The translations under genes were made by a program, and so were the position numbers. The notes under the pieces were generated by a model. The model had not been told where the DNA came from, searched no databases, and saw only the letters and a program-made list of their open reading frames with translations. From a virus (Duplodnaviria; Caudoviricetes), in IMG/VR virus record IMGVR_UViG_2706795930_000001, positions 1-64,000 of that record: a stretch of 64,000 bases of DNA, one strand, 5' to 3'. Of this stretch, positions 20,301 through 30,575 are shown one piece after another (within the stretch, counting starts at the first letter, position 1; every line of letters starts with the position of its first letter).

Positions 20301-23300
20301 AAGCGTGTGCAGGACAACCTCTTCCAGGGCACCGCCGACGACATCGACCTGCTCGCCACCCGCGGACTCCCGGTCCTACAGCGCGGCCTGTCCGACACTG
20401 CGGACCAGCTCAACCGCGGACAACGCCACATCCTGACCTACCTCAGCAGCAGCCAGGGTCTGTCGAACCTGTCGTCGATCTTCGACAACACCGCAGGCTC
20501 GGCCGGCTCGTTCTCCATCGCGCTGTCCAACGGCGTCCAGGCACTGATCACGATGTCCGAGGTCGGCACTCAGTTCATGCCGTGGTTCGGCCGCAGCCTG
20601 GAGGACACCACCCGCAAGTGGCGCACCATGGCCGATCTGGCGCAGGCCGACGGCTCGATGGAGGCGTACTTCGCCCGGTCCATCGCTCGCACACGGCAGT
20701 TCGGCAGCATCCTCGCCTCCACCGGCGGGATCATCAGGGCCACCTTCGAGGCCACCTCGGTCATGGGCCTCAACTCACTGACCCACCTCGACGTGAAGCT
20801 CCGCCAGCTCCGCGAGGACATGAACGAGCCGATCCGCCAGGAGGGCATCCGCGACTTCTTCCAGGGGGTCCGCGGGGCGCTGGACCAGCTCTCCGACATC
20901 GGTGGCGCCATCGGCACGATCATCGTCAACGACATCCTGCCGGCCGTCCAGATGGTCAACGCCGTGATGTCGCCGATCATCGGCTTCATCGCGGGCATGT
21001 CTCAGGGCCTCAGCGAGCACCTCCCGCTGATCCGGACCGCCCTGCAGCTGTACCTCGGCTTCCGTCTGATCAAGGGCACCTTCGGTCTGATCGGCGCCGG
21101 CCTGGGCAAGCTCGGCGTGCAGGTCTCCGCGCAGACCGGTGCAGTCGGCGCACTGTCCCGCGGCTGGACGACCGCGACCGCCACGATGAACGGCTACATC
21201 GCTCGTGCAGGCGCCGCCACCGGTGCCACCGCCGCGGCGAGCCGCCTGGCCGGCGCCATCGGTGGGTGGACGACGCCGATCGCCAACGCGACCCAGAACA
21301 TGACCCGGCTGCAGACCGCCGCGGGCAAGCTGCGCACCTCGATGTCGAACATGCTCGCCTTCGTCGGCGGCCCGGCCGGTCTCGCCATCGGCGCTCTCGT
21401 GGCCGGTCTGATCTCGTGGTACACCGCGAGCCAGGAGGTCGAGCAGGCCAACAAGCGTCTCGAAGAGACCTCGATGAAGGCATACAAGGCCGTCGAGCGT
21501 CTCGACAAGGCCATCACTGCCGGCCGTGGTGACTCGACGCCCGAGGTTGTCACCGCGGCGACCGAGCAGGCCGAAGCGCTGCTGGAGCAGTGGCAGATCC
21601 TCGACGAATCCGCACCGGGCATGTTCTCGAAGATCGGTGGATTGGTCTCCGAGGCAGCAACTCTCGGCAAGTCCGACATCTTCAACAAGCAGCTGAAGCT
21701 GCAGCTCGACGCCGAAGACATCCGCCCGATGATGGGCGCGCTGAAGGACCTCAAGATCAACGCCGAGGACATCGGTTCTGCCCTGTCGGGTACCGATGAG
21801 AACTGGGCTGCGTTCGAGGACCGCCTCATGGCCGCCGGGGCTGGCGGTATCCAGCTGCGCGACAAGCTGTTCGCCGCACGCGAGGAGATCCAGTACCAGC
21901 GTCAGGCCGTGGCCGACCTGGAGCCGGGCTACCTCGACCTGCAGGATGCCCTCGGGGTGCTCGCCGACACGGCGTCGTCGACCACGGACAAGTTCGACGC
22001 GCTCTCGCAGGCATTCAAGTCGCTGCTCCCGGGCCAGGAGGACCGCGAGGCACTGAAGGCTTTCGGCGAGGTGCTCAAGGACCTCGACAGCCAGATCTCG
22101 TCCGTCACCGACAACGGCGGGTTCGGCAACCAGCTGCTGCTCGACAACGGCGACCTCGATACCTCCAAGTCCAACGCCATCATCCTCGACAACGCGATCG
22201 AGGCCGGTCGAGATGCCATCGGCCGCATGCAGCTTGAAGGCCGCGACACCACCGACGCATGGGCGCAGTGGACCGCCAAAATCGAGACCCTCGGCGCCGC
22301 GGTCGGCATCACCGGATCTGATCTCGATGAACTGTTGACGAAGCTCTACGCCACCCCGGACCGCGTCGAGTCGGTCGTCGCAATCCAGGGCGTGGACAAG
22401 GCCGGCCAGGACCTGGTCGCCCTTCGCGCCCAGTTCGCGGATCTCAAGCCCGGCGAGCGGATGACCAAGGAGGTCAAGCTCCTCGGCGGCGAAGAGACCA
22501 TCGCCGCGCTGCGTGACATGAACGCCGAGGTTGAGCCGCTGACCAACGGCAACACCCGGATCACGATCGACAAGGAAACCTTCGACCAGGACCTCGACGC
22601 CACCGTCGCCAAGATCCAGGCGTTCAGCCTGATCAGGGCGCAGGCGACCGTCGACCTGGACACCGAGTCCCTGCAGCTCAACGCCCAGCAGTCGGCGAAC
22701 ATCATCAACATCCTCGACCGCTACAAAGCGGACCCGGTGGCACGACTGCTCATCGACGAGCTCCAGACCAAGCAGGGCGTCGCCCTGACGAAGCTCCAGG
22801 AGCTGGAACAAGAAGAGACCGTCCCGGTCGTCGACGCCAACATCGACCCGCTGACGACGAAGATCGAAGAAGCCAAGCGCCAGATGGCCGAACTGGCAAG
22901 CCCGTTCGGCTACATCAACCGCCTCTACGGCAAGAACCCTGACGGCTCCGACCCCACGGCCGAGCAGATCAAGGAACGCGCCGCGGAGATCGAGAAGGAG
23001 GAGAAGGCCAACCAGATCCCGGCCGGAACCCCTGGCGTCCTCACTCCGGGCGACTTCGAGAAAAAGCCGGGCAACTACCACGGCGGCCGGATTCCCGGCT
23101 TCTACGGCGGCGGGCGCATGCCCCTGACCGGTCCCGGCACCGAGACCCGCGACGGGATCTACGCGGTGGGCCCCGACGGCATCCCGCGTGCGCGGGTCAA
23201 TGGCGGCGAGTGGGTCATCAACCCCGAGATGTCGGCGAAGTACCACCACCTCCTCGCGCTCGTCAACGCCGACCAGCTCGCAGGATTCGCGGCAGGCGGC

Positions 23301-26183
23301 CAACTGCCCGGCGGGGCCTCGGCCACCGGTGGGCTCCCCAGTCTGCAGCTCGGCGCGATCGGCAACCCGCTCGCACCGCTCACCGCTGGCGTGTCCGCCC
23401 TCGGCGCCATGTTCACCTCGGCCCTCGACGGCCAGGCGCTCCCGGCATGGGCCCAGTTCGCGACCCAGCTGCAGACCGGCGCGGCGACCCTCATCAACCC
23501 CGCGCTGACCGCGGTCTCCGGTCAGGTCACCCAGATCGGCCAGCAGTTCCCGGCGGTCAGCGGCACGGCACGCGCCGCGTGGTCAGCCATGGCGGCCGGA
23601 ATCCTGGAGGACAAGACCTCCTCGGTCGACCCCGCGTTCGACGGCATCACCGGCGGACTGTCGACCGTGCAGGCAGCGTTCGGCGCCAGCGTCAACAACA
23701 TCCGCACCCAGTGGGACGGAATCCGTTCAGCCACCGGCGATCCCGTCCGGTTCACCATCGACTCGGTCTTCAACGGCGGCCTCGTCGGCATGTGGAACTC
23801 CGTCGCGGAGCTGATCGGCGCCAAGCCGATGGCTCCGTACGTCGCGAAGTTCGCCACCGGCGGCGTCCTGCCCGGTTACACCCCGGGCCGCGACGTGCAC
23901 CGCTTCACCTCGCCCTCCGGTGGAGAACTGCACCTGTCCGGCGGCGAAGCGATCATGCGCCCCGAGTGGACACGCGCAGTCGGCGGCCCGGCCGCCGTCG
24001 AGCGGATGAACCGCGACGCCCGCCGCGGCGTGGCGGCAGTGAACGCGCAGGCCGCCGGGCACTACGCCGAAGGCGGCGTGGTCTCGATGGGCTACGGCCT
24101 GCCGCCGGGCACGAACATCAGCTACGGCAGCGGCGGATTCCCCGAGTGGGTCTACCGCCTCGGTAAGGCACACGGCGTGCAGGCGTCGACGTACGCCGGC
24201 CACCAGGAGTCCGACCGCGGCGAAGCTGGCTACGCGCCAAACCCGCAGGGCCTCAACCGTGGTATCGACTGGTCGGGCCCAGTGCCGAACATGCATCGAT
24301 TCGCCGAGTACCTCCTCGGCGTCGCTGCACGCACACCGACTCTGGAACAGATCATCTGGCAGAACCCGATGACGGGCCAGAAGATCGGTTGGGCCGGCCG
24401 CAGCCCGGACGTCAGCGGCAGCTACTTCGCGTCCGACTACGCCGGCCACCAGGACCACGTCCACACCCGGCACAGCGGACCGATGATCCCCGGACTGCCC
24501 GGTGGTTCGATCATGGGTCTCGTCGCCGGCCAGGCGATGGACATGGCCTCCATGATCCGCGAGATGCTAACCCCGAAGGCCGAAGAGGTCCGCAAGAACA
24601 TCGGGGCGAAGAAGTTCCCCGGCGCTGTCGGGCAGCTTCCCGGCCAGGTCTTCGAGACGGCATTCAAGTCGATGACGACCAAGGCCGCCGAATTGGCCGA
24701 GGCCGCCACCGCCTACACCGGACCCGCCATCGCCGCGGGCGGAGACGTCGAGCGTTGGCGCCCCATGGTCATCGCCGCCCTGCGCCGCAACGGATTCGAG
24801 CCGAACCGTCGCAACCAGGACCTCATGCTGGCCCAGATCAAGTCCGAGTCGGGCGGCAACCCCTCGGCGGTCCAGACGGTCGTCGACGTCAACACCGGCG
24901 GCAACGAAGCCGTTGGCCTGCTGCAGATCGCCAAGGGCACATGGCCCGGCGTGCGCGACCCCTCGCTGCCCGACGACCGCACCGATCCGTGGGCGAATCT
25001 GAATGCGGCCCTGCGCTATTACCGTGGCAAGTACGGCGAGGACCTCGGTAAGATGTGGGGCAAGGGCCACGGCTACGACCGCGGTGGCATCTTCGAGGAC
25101 GGCACTTTCGGGTTCAACACCAGCGGCAAGCCGGAAGCAGTCTTCACCAACCGACAGTTCACGATGCTCGACGAACTCGTCGAGGCGCTGCTCAACCCGA
25201 AGATGTTCGCACGCCTGACCGGCCAGACGCCGGTGTCGGCGACCGGTTCCACCCCGGCCCCGCGAGTCACTGAGGTCGACCCCGAGACCCTCGCGCTCGG
25301 AGAGACTGCAACCAGCGACGCTCTGCATCCCGAGGTGCTGGAGCTGTACAAGAAGTACGGCCTGACACCCCCCGGTGCTCCCGCGGACAACCAGGACGAC
25401 GCCACGGCGGCGCAGGCTCCGACCGCACCGCCGGCCGACACGTCGACGACGAATCCGTCGCTGCCGACGGATGGGGCGACGCCGCAGGACACGAACCCGC
25501 CCCTGCCGACGGACGGCTCTACGCCTCCGTCGACCACGAATCCGCAGCTGCCCACGGACTCGAACTACTCCTACACCCCGACGCAGCCCGACCCGGACGC
25601 TCCGGAAGATCCGCTCGACAGCTACAACGGCCCGTTCGCCGACATCCTGAAGAAGAGTCGGATCATCGGCCAGGCTGCGCAGGGCCTCGCCAGTCCGGAT
25701 GCGATGGCCCGACTGGGCGACATCGACCACGACTACAAGCGCGCCAAGGCCATTAAGCAGCGCCTCACCGTCGCGTCGAAGTACCGGGCCGATTCGCAGG
25801 CGCTGGCGGACACCCTCCGCGCCGAGGGCAAGGAGAAGGAAGCCGCAGCCATCGAGGCTGGCATCACCGCCCGCGAGCGCGAGATCGCCGGTGGTGACCC
25901 GCAGAAGCTCGCGGAGCTCGCGTCGCTGGCCGACGGGGACGCTCCGAGCGAGCAGCTCCGGGTGCAGGCCGAGGACCAGTTCAAGGCGTACCTCGCCGAG
26001 AACGCCTTGGGTATCACTGACTCGGTGTTCGCGGCTGGCGCTGGGGTAGTGGGCAACTCGGGCGCCGGCGACATCATCATCCACGGCGGCATTCGCACCA
26101 ACAGCTGGAACGAAGCTCAGCGCAAGATCGAGCGGACCCAAAAGCGAAAGTCCCGCCAGTCAGCACGGGCAGGATTCCGATGA
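17349..26183 (+). CDS. Tape measure protein with a C-terminal lytic transglycosylase domain and a His-rich putative peptidase motif
   Basis: 2944 aa, Ala-rich coiled-coil; QIKSESGGNP...GLLQ...AALRYYRGKYG; RGIDWSG...GHQDHVH. Confidence 0.95.
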   Translation: MALSRYQAGTAWIRVTPDFTDFGNKLERQIQDNFNKTAARVKVDEKSVDQARAQLRDLGREQVSPEVKPRISKAHVAKAEKLLDGLSDRHRQAIIDAEINSIKAEQELRTLTGRRQVEIKAELNTDSFTREFDKARREISKKLSTAQNLSPVGEKMLRDTMSRALKMDAFRADFLPAKADWEDANRRASQLAKIIKNGGTPNEAAAKAQSKLTDGYLKSAKALEAAEKSLNRERGRAAEQSAELARLEERHAAAVDKLTNAEDRKKATAKAAAWASRDLTAAETEREKILRRIDTLETRRRNWEAKPQRTENQQLTRREALTGIHQSLREARQQLAQNDERISLGIDIDALATQEAAEALRDFAAAEDEVTRSKALRRRMNSQVRDSERAVRSETEKTERKRQKFAAAKTATEAAYAAEANRRRAEVKAAQEELGDAEKAATASTHIYNRLVGKRIGLVNQLTSAMAGLRRVELSMPEQSDDRARAGAALNANATRTKLTMDGAERDTALTTIKTRLPDKIANSQIDKDVVALQAAMKAAASYDRLQGQLEKRSYSVAVAERTEAAAQERVNAMREQGTIGTERGVKALDDLAAATQRVTHLRRQEKVASEAADIGRRDYNAAARNLEDRANLNPIRRSIDQIDSLAGRAIAKVNDRLIFAGRLLSAVTSLGMASIVAIGGLGAINMAPLVGSLTQMVGVLGLVPALAAAAATAIGAIAVGASGLGNAFKAAGKLAEAQAKPAPDNSKAVRNAQRGLAQAQKAQARTATQGARQIADAEESVQRAQKESRDAQRDLTRARKDARQEIDDMNRSLAGLGLSEEDAALSVEEARKNLRETLADPDADSTDRKRANLSYRQAIDNLKNVRHENARTRQEIAEANRKGVEGSDEVVSAQERAADAQASVTKSQENLAQTQLDAAEASADAAERVAEAQESLAEAASGGATAVDNAAAEFEAAMAKLSPNGRGMVSVILDLRDAWDLLRKRVQDNLFQGTADDIDLLATRGLPVLQRGLSDTADQLNRGQRHILTYLSSSQGLSNLSSIFDNTAGSAGSFSIALSNGVQALITMSEVGTQFMPWFGRSLEDTTRKWRTMADLAQADGSMEAYFARSIARTRQFGSILASTGGIIRATFEATSVMGLNSLTHLDVKLRQLREDMNEPIRQEGIRDFFQGVRGALDQLSDIGGAIGTIIVNDILPAVQMVNAVMSPIIGFIAGMSQGLSEHLPLIRTALQLYLGFRLIKGTFGLIGAGLGKLGVQVSAQTGAVGALSRGWTTATATMNGYIARAGAATGATAAASRLAGAIGGWTTPIANATQNMTRLQTAAGKLRTSMSNMLAFVGGPAGLAIGALVAGLISWYTASQEVEQANKRLEETSMKAYKAVERLDKAITAGRGDSTPEVVTAATEQAEALLEQWQILDESAPGMFSKIGGLVSEAATLGKSDIFNKQLKLQLDAEDIRPMMGALKDLKINAEDIGSALSGTDENWAAFEDRLMAAGAGGIQLRDKLFAAREEIQYQRQAVADLEPGYLDLQDALGVLADTASSTTDKFDALSQAFKSLLPGQEDREALKAFGEVLKDLDSQISSVTDNGGFGNQLLLDNGDLDTSKSNAIILDNAIEAGRDAIGRMQLEGRDTTDAWAQWTAKIETLGAAVGITGSDLDELLTKLYATPDRVESVVAIQGVDKAGQDLVALRAQFADLKPGERMTKEVKLLGGEETIAALRDMNAEVEPLTNGNTRITIDKETFDQDLDATVAKIQAFSLIRAQATVDLDTESLQLNAQQSANIINILDRYKADPVARLLIDELQTKQGVALTKLQELEQEETVPVVDANIDPLTTKIEEAKRQMAELASPFGYINRLYGKNPDGSDPTAEQIKERAAEIEKEEKANQIPAGTPGVLTPGDFEKKPGNYHGGRIPGFYGGGRMPLTGPGTETRDGIYAVGPDGIPRARVNGGEWVINPEMSAKYHHLLALVNADQLAGFAAGGQLPGGASATGGLPSLQLGAIGNPLAPLTAGVSALGAMFTSALDGQALPAWAQFATQLQTGAATLINPALTAVSGQVTQIGQQFPAVSGTARAAWSAMAAGILEDKTSSVDPAFDGITGGLSTVQAAFGASVNNIRTQWDGIRSATGDPVRFTIDSVFNGGLVGMWNSVAELIGAKPMAPYVAKFATGGVLPGYTPGRDVHRFTSPSGGELHLSGGEAIMRPEWTRAVGGPAAVERMNRDARRGVAAVNAQAAGHYAEGGVVSMGYGLPPGTNISYGSGGFPEWVYRLGKAHGVQASTYAGHQESDRGEAGYAPNPQGLNRGIDWSGPVPNMHRFAEYLLGVAARTPTLEQIIWQNPMTGQKIGWAGRSPDVSGSYFASDYAGHQDHVHTRHSGPMIPGLPGGSIMGLVAGQAMDMASMIREMLTPKAEEVRKNIGAKKFPGAVGQLPGQVFETAFKSMTTKAAELAEAATAYTGPAIAAGGDVERWRPMVIAALRRNGFEPNRRNQDLMLAQIKSESGGNPSAVQTVVDVNTGGNEAVGLLQIAKGTWPGVRDPSLPDDRTDPWANLNAALRYYRGKYGEDLGKMWGKGHGYDRGGIFEDGTFGFNTSGKPEAVFTNRQFTMLDELVEALLNPKMFARLTGQTPVSATGSTPAPRVTEVDPETLALGETATSDALHPEVLELYKKYGLTPPGAPADNQDDATAAQAPTAPPADTSTTNPSLPTDGATPQDTNPPLPTDGSTPPSTTNPQLPTDSNYSYTPTQPDPDAPEDPLDSYNGPFADILKKSRIIGQAAQGLASPDAMARLGDIDHDYKRAKAIKQRLTVASKYRADSQALADTLRAEGKEKEAAAIEAGITAREREIAGGDPQKLAELASLADGDAPSEQLRVQAEDQFKAYLAENALGITDSVFAAGAGVVGNSGAGDIIIHGGIRTNSWNEAQRKIERTQKRKSRQSARAGFR

Positions 26184-27064
26184 TCATCAACAACCCCGCG
26201 ATGTTCCTCAAGGACCAGCGGACCAAGGTTATCTACTACGGCATCGACGGTTCCGTCTGGCATCTGTCGGGATACGGGCAAGGCGCCGAGGGGGCCACCC
26301 TCGGCGTCGAGCCCGACAAGTTCTACATGGCCGACATGGAGAACCTCTACGTCGAAGGCGCACGCCAGGATGGCGCCAGCTACCAGGGCACCAACCTGCC
26401 GCGCCGCGAGATCGACGTCGAGATCCAGATCGCGGGCAAGACCGTCCGGGAGTTCATGTCGCGCAACGACCGGTGGTGGCGAGCATGGTCGACGCGCAAG
26501 GCCGGCGTGCTCGCCGTGTTCACCCCGGCAACCGGTTGGCGCTGGATCAAGGTGCGCCTTGGCGGCAACGTCGATACGAAGTGGGGCAAGGACCCCTCGC
26601 TCATCAAGGCCTCCGACTACGACATGACCATGGCGGCCGACGATCCGCTGTGGCGCAGCTTCAAGCACAAGGCGCACTGGAAAAACAACGGCGGCACCGG
26701 ATCTGGGATCATCCAGCTCCGCAACTGGGCCGACCACGACGCCTACCCCGAGTACGTCATGCCCGGGCCCGGAATCTACTCGATCCAGGACGGCCCTGGT
26801 GGCGAGATGATCAAGCTCCCGTACATCGGCTTCGGCCAGACGCTGCGACTCGATACCCACCCGCTGCGGCTCATCCTCCGCATGTACGACAACACCACCG
26901 GGCCCGACGGCCGGTCGTTCTGGCGGCAGATGGATAACGCCCGACGGTTCCGCGGTTCATTCGAGCCCTGGAGTGAGGGCGATATTCGCGTCGCCGTCGA
27001 CGGGGGAACGACGGAGTCCCAGGTCTTCGGCATCCTCTCGCCGCGATTCCTGCGCCCATTCTGA
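26180..27064 (+). CDS. Minor tail protein (Dit-like)
   Basis: GIDGSVWHLSG, QDGASY, DPLWR; follows the tape measure. Confidence 0.85.
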   Translation: MIINNPAMFLKDQRTKVIYYGIDGSVWHLSGYGQGAEGATLGVEPDKFYMADMENLYVEGARQDGASYQGTNLPRREIDVEIQIAGKTVREFMSRNDRWWRAWSTRKAGVLAVFTPATGWRWIKVRLGGNVDTKWGKDPSLIKASDYDMTMAADDPLWRSFKHKAHWKNNGGTGSGIIQLRNWADHDAYPEYVMPGPGIYSIQDGPGGEMIKLPYIGFGQTLRLDTHPLRLILRMYDNTTGPDGRSFWRQMDNARRFRGSFEPWSEGDIRVAVDGGTTESQVFGILSPRFLRPF

Positions 27065-27104
27065 CCAACCTGTTGCGTATCTCGTACTACAGCAAGGAAT
27101 CCCG

Positions 27105-28868
27105 ATGACCACCGCTATCGGTGCCGGCGCGACCTGGAACCCCCAGGCCGCGGCCTCCTACATGCGCGAGCACGACGTCGAGGAGACTGCCGACCTTCTG
27201 GACCCCCGGGTCGAGGTCCGGATCTTCGACAAGGTCTACGACCTGGCCGAGTTCGCCCAGGACTACATCGAGCTGGAGTTCTCGTTCAAGCGCAACGGCA
27301 CCGGGGCGCTGTCGATGACCCTCCCCGGCGACTCGGCATGCCGCGACCACATCTTCAACAACCCCGACGGCGCCGACGCCATCATCCCGATGATCGTCGA
27401 CACCGCCGGCGCGCAATGGTCCGGCCAGATCGACACCGCGGCCATCGTTCTCGACGACGACGGTGTCGAGACGATCGAGATCACCGCCCTGCACGACTGG
27501 GAGTGGTGCAACCGAGTCGCCATGTGGCCCTCGCCTTTTGCGCCCCTGGAGGCACAGTTCCCCAAGCGGATGATCGGGATCGGCCCGGCATCCACCATCA
27601 TCAAGACGTTCTACCGGGCGAACCTGCTTCGCCTGCAACTCCCACTCTGGCGCATGCCGGCGCTCAACGAGATCTTCGACCCTGAGATCTTCAGCCTGCC
27701 GAGCACCGCGGAGTCCGACGCCGTTGGATCACTCGCCGGCGGGGTCATCGGCGGCGTTGTTGGCGGGGTCGCGGGGGCCTTCGGTATCGGTGCCGATCCG
27801 AACTTCCCGGTCGCCGTGGTGCCGTCCAATCCGCTCAAGGACACGACCAAGTGGTGCGCCGTGTCGGCACGTATGCAGATGGGCGGCGAGCTCTTCGAGC
27901 AGGTCCTGAAGGACTCGGGCCTCGCGCTCGTCGCCAAGGTGTGGATGCCGGGCGAGCACGAGCAACCCGCACCGGGCCACTACACGCTGACCCGACCCAC
28001 GATCCTGCTCGACGTCGAGGACCACACCGGAGTCACCGGTCCCACCGGAACCGTCATCGACGGCATGCTCTGGTGGTTCACCGAGCTGCTGGAGGACATG
28101 GTCACCGAGGTCCTCTCGCTCAGCGATCCTGAGCACGGCGGCCTGGTGGCAGATGACGACCTGGGGCAGATCTCCAAGTGGCTCGGCCTCCGCAAGGCTC
28201 GGCCGGACGTCGTCTGGCTCGACGGGCAGTACTCGGGCATCGTCTCCGGACAGGTCACCGTCCACAAGCCCATGGCCCGGGACATCATCGTCGGCGGCCG
28301 GTCGCCGGGCTGGGTCAACAGCCTCATCGACGTCGGAATGTCGCTGCTGCTCAACTACATCGGCATCCTCGCGGCCGCCCCCGGCCTGTCGTCCCTCTAC
28401 ACCGGCCAGTTCGACGACATCCTGCTCGCGTACCAGCGGTTCACCGACGCCGGCCGCGCCAAGCGCGCTGGGCCCTACCTCTACCACGAGCACGTCGTCG
28501 CCGACGCCTCCGCGGCTTACACCATGGACGGCACGATGTCCGGCCGGTCCGGCATCTGGGACACCCGCGGCTACGTCTCGAAGACAGTCAAGGTCCGGGA
28601 CGCCTCGCCCTACGTGTTCGGCACAGACTACGACATCGGCCACCTCGTCGGATACGAGCTCGACGGCGTGATCTGGACCGACTACGTCACCGAGGCTACG
28701 TTCCGCGACGACCGAGAAGAGCGGGCGTTCTGGGACATCACCATCGGGGACGGCTCCGACGAAGAGTCGGGAAGCGTTCGCGCACATCGAAAGATCTCGG
28801 GCCTGTTCTCGATCGCCAAGGATCTCGCGACCGATGTAGGCGCCGACCTGGGCCTGGGCGTGATCTGA
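27105..28868 (+). CDS. Minor tail protein (baseplate hub-like)
   Basis: WPSPFAPLEAQFP, VGGRSPGWVN, DILLAYQ motifs. Confidence 0.85.
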   Translation: MTTAIGAGATWNPQAAASYMREHDVEETADLLDPRVEVRIFDKVYDLAEFAQDYIELEFSFKRNGTGALSMTLPGDSACRDHIFNNPDGADAIIPMIVDTAGAQWSGQIDTAAIVLDDDGVETIEITALHDWEWCNRVAMWPSPFAPLEAQFPKRMIGIGPASTIIKTFYRANLLRLQLPLWRMPALNEIFDPEIFSLPSTAESDAVGSLAGGVIGGVVGGVAGAFGIGADPNFPVAVVPSNPLKDTTKWCAVSARMQMGGELFEQVLKDSGLALVAKVWMPGEHEQPAPGHYTLTRPTILLDVEDHTGVTGPTGTVIDGMLWWFTELLEDMVTEVLSLSDPEHGGLVADDDLGQISKWLGLRKARPDVVWLDGQYSGIVSGQVTVHKPMARDIIVGGRSPGWVNSLIDVGMSLLLNYIGILAAAPGLSSLYTGQFDDILLAYQRFTDAGRAKRAGPYLYHEHVVADASAAYTMDGTMSGRSGIWDTRGYVSKTVKVRDASPYVFGTDYDIGHLVGYELDGVIWTDYVTEATFRDDREERAFWDITIGDGSDEESGSVRAHRKISGLFSIAKDLATDVGADLGLGVI

Positions 28869-28883
28869 GAGGCCTGTTTCACC

Positions 28884-28931
28884 TGGCCGGACGGCGATAC
28901 GATCGTACTGAACGATCTGGCCGTTCGGCCA
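28884..28931 (+). promoter_or_regulatory. Hairpin upstream of the lysis genes
   Basis: TGGCCGGACGGC / GCCGTTCGGCCA with inner GATCGT/ACGATC. Confidence 0.5.
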
Positions 28932-28996
28932 TTCTCTGCGCTCACTCCATGCGAGTTCGACTGCGCACCCCTCATATTCACGATTGGCGGCTGCTT

Positions 28997-29641
28997 ATGG
29001 CTGACAGAGTCATTATCCTCCCGCATGTCTATCACGTTCAGCAGACCGGATGGACCTGCGGCCCTTCGGCTTTGAAGATGGTTCTCTCGACGTTCGGCAA
29101 GAACGTGCCCGAGGCGACCCTCGCTAAGCAGTGTGGCACCACCCAGGACGGCACCGGCGACATAAACAACATCCGGCCAGTCGCGAAGCGGCACACCGGA
29201 GTCGACTGGTCGCGACATGGTGCGCCATACGACCCTCCGACCCCGGCGCAGAAGGACCTGCTCTGGAAGACGTGCGTGGAGACGATCGCCAACTCGCGCC
29301 GCGGCATGGTGATCAACATCTGGGCGCCGGCGGACAATCACCCGCCGGGATACCCGAACTACATGATCATGCACTACATCTGCGCGGTAGGCATCGACCT
29401 CGACCGGCGGCTGATCTACATCGCCGACAGTGCGCGGTTCGGCGGCATCGAGCACTACTGGCTCGGCCTCGACAAGCTCGCCAGCCTCATCCCCCCGAAG
29501 GCATGGATGGCATTGGCCAACCCTGTCACCCCGCGGCCGGCCGCCGAGCCCGACTTCTTCGACGGGTTCACCGCCGACGAGTTGCGAATCATCATCGCCG
29601 CGGCACGTCAGGTCGGCGACCCCCAGGAGGCGTCCGCGTGA
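28997..29641 (+). CDS. Lysin A, C39-like cysteine peptidase domain
   Basis: QQTGWTCGPSA...HYICAVG...IYIADSA. Confidence 0.85.
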   Translation: MADRVIILPHVYHVQQTGWTCGPSALKMVLSTFGKNVPEATLAKQCGTTQDGTGDINNIRPVAKRHTGVDWSRHGAPYDPPTPAQKDLLWKTCVETIANSRRGMVINIWAPADNHPPGYPNYMIMHYICAVGIDLDRRLIYIADSARFGGIEHYWLGLDKLASLIPPKAWMALANPVTPRPAAEPDFFDGFTADELRIIIAAARQVGDPQEASA

Positions 29642-30573
29642 GCTTCCGCAGGGTCTACGGCAATGACTGGTCGGAAAACGGCTGGCGCATGTGCGATTCC
29701 AACGAGACCGTCGTCGTCACCGTCGCAGGGATGAAGCTGCGAGTGCGCGCCGGCTACGCCGCCACCGTCCTCGAAGCCTGGGCCCGTTGGTACCACGAGA
29801 ATGTCGAACCCATCGACCTCTATAAGCCCACCGACGACTGGGGCTGGTCGGCCACGAACGACGTCGCGACGAGCAACCACCTCAGCGGCACCGCGTTCGA
29901 CCTGAATGCAACCCAGTACCCGTGGGGCGAGGATGCTCGCGACATCATGCCGGCCTCGAAGATCGCCAAGATTCGCGAGGGCCTAAAGCTATTCGAGGGC
30001 AACATCTTCTGGGGTCAGGACTGGTCCTACAAGGACCCGATGCACTACCAGCTCAACCACGGCACATCCGCCGGCACGGGCGCCTCGGACCGCCTCATCC
30101 AGTTCTGCAATCGGCGCATCCGTGACGGGCGCCTCATCACCGATCAACCCACGAAGGAAGAGGAAGGCCTGATGGCTGCAATCTCCAAGGAAGACGCCAC
30201 GACCGTAGTCGGCGCGGCAATCCAGACCGGCTCCCCGCAAGAGGACAACGGCAAGCGCGGCGACGACGCCGTGTTCGGCCCCCGTGCCATGCGGCATCCC
30301 GATCTGTACAACGTCGCCGGCGGTGCGCGACTGGCGAAGGCCCGCAAGAAGCTTGCCTATCTGCGCGCCATGGTCATGGACATCTGGAACGAGGTGGTGT
30401 TCGACGGCTACGTCGCCGAGGTCGAAGATCCCCGGCTGGACGAGCGCAAGTTCGGCAGCCCGGTCGGCTTCATCCTGGCCGCACACGCGAACGCCCGCGA
30501 GGCCAACCTCGTCTCCCAGCGCGTCGCCGAGAACCTCGGCGTCGACATCTCCGACATCGTGAAGGAGGCCTGA
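29638..30573 (+). CDS. Lysin A, M15-family (L-Ala-D-Glu) peptidase domain
   Basis: SENGW, WGWS...SNHLSGTAFDLNA, DPMHYQL. Confidence 0.88.
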   Translation: MSFRRVYGNDWSENGWRMCDSNETVVVTVAGMKLRVRAGYAATVLEAWARWYHENVEPIDLYKPTDDWGWSATNDVATSNHLSGTAFDLNATQYPWGEDARDIMPASKIAKIREGLKLFEGNIFWGQDWSYKDPMHYQLNHGTSAGTGASDRLIQFCNRRIRDGRLITDQPTKEEEGLMAAISKEDATTVVGAAIQTGSPQEDNGKRGDDAVFGPRAMRHPDLYNVAGGARLAKARKKLAYLRAMVMDIWNEVVFDGYVAEVEDPRLDERKFGSPVGFILAAHANAREANLVSQRVAENLGVDISDIVKEA

Positions 30574-30575
30574 GC

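Noticed and set aside
20775-23303. Long minus-strand ORFs (for example 842 aa) opposite structural genes
   Set aside because: Shadow ORFs expected from high-GC codon bias; no motifs or RBS.
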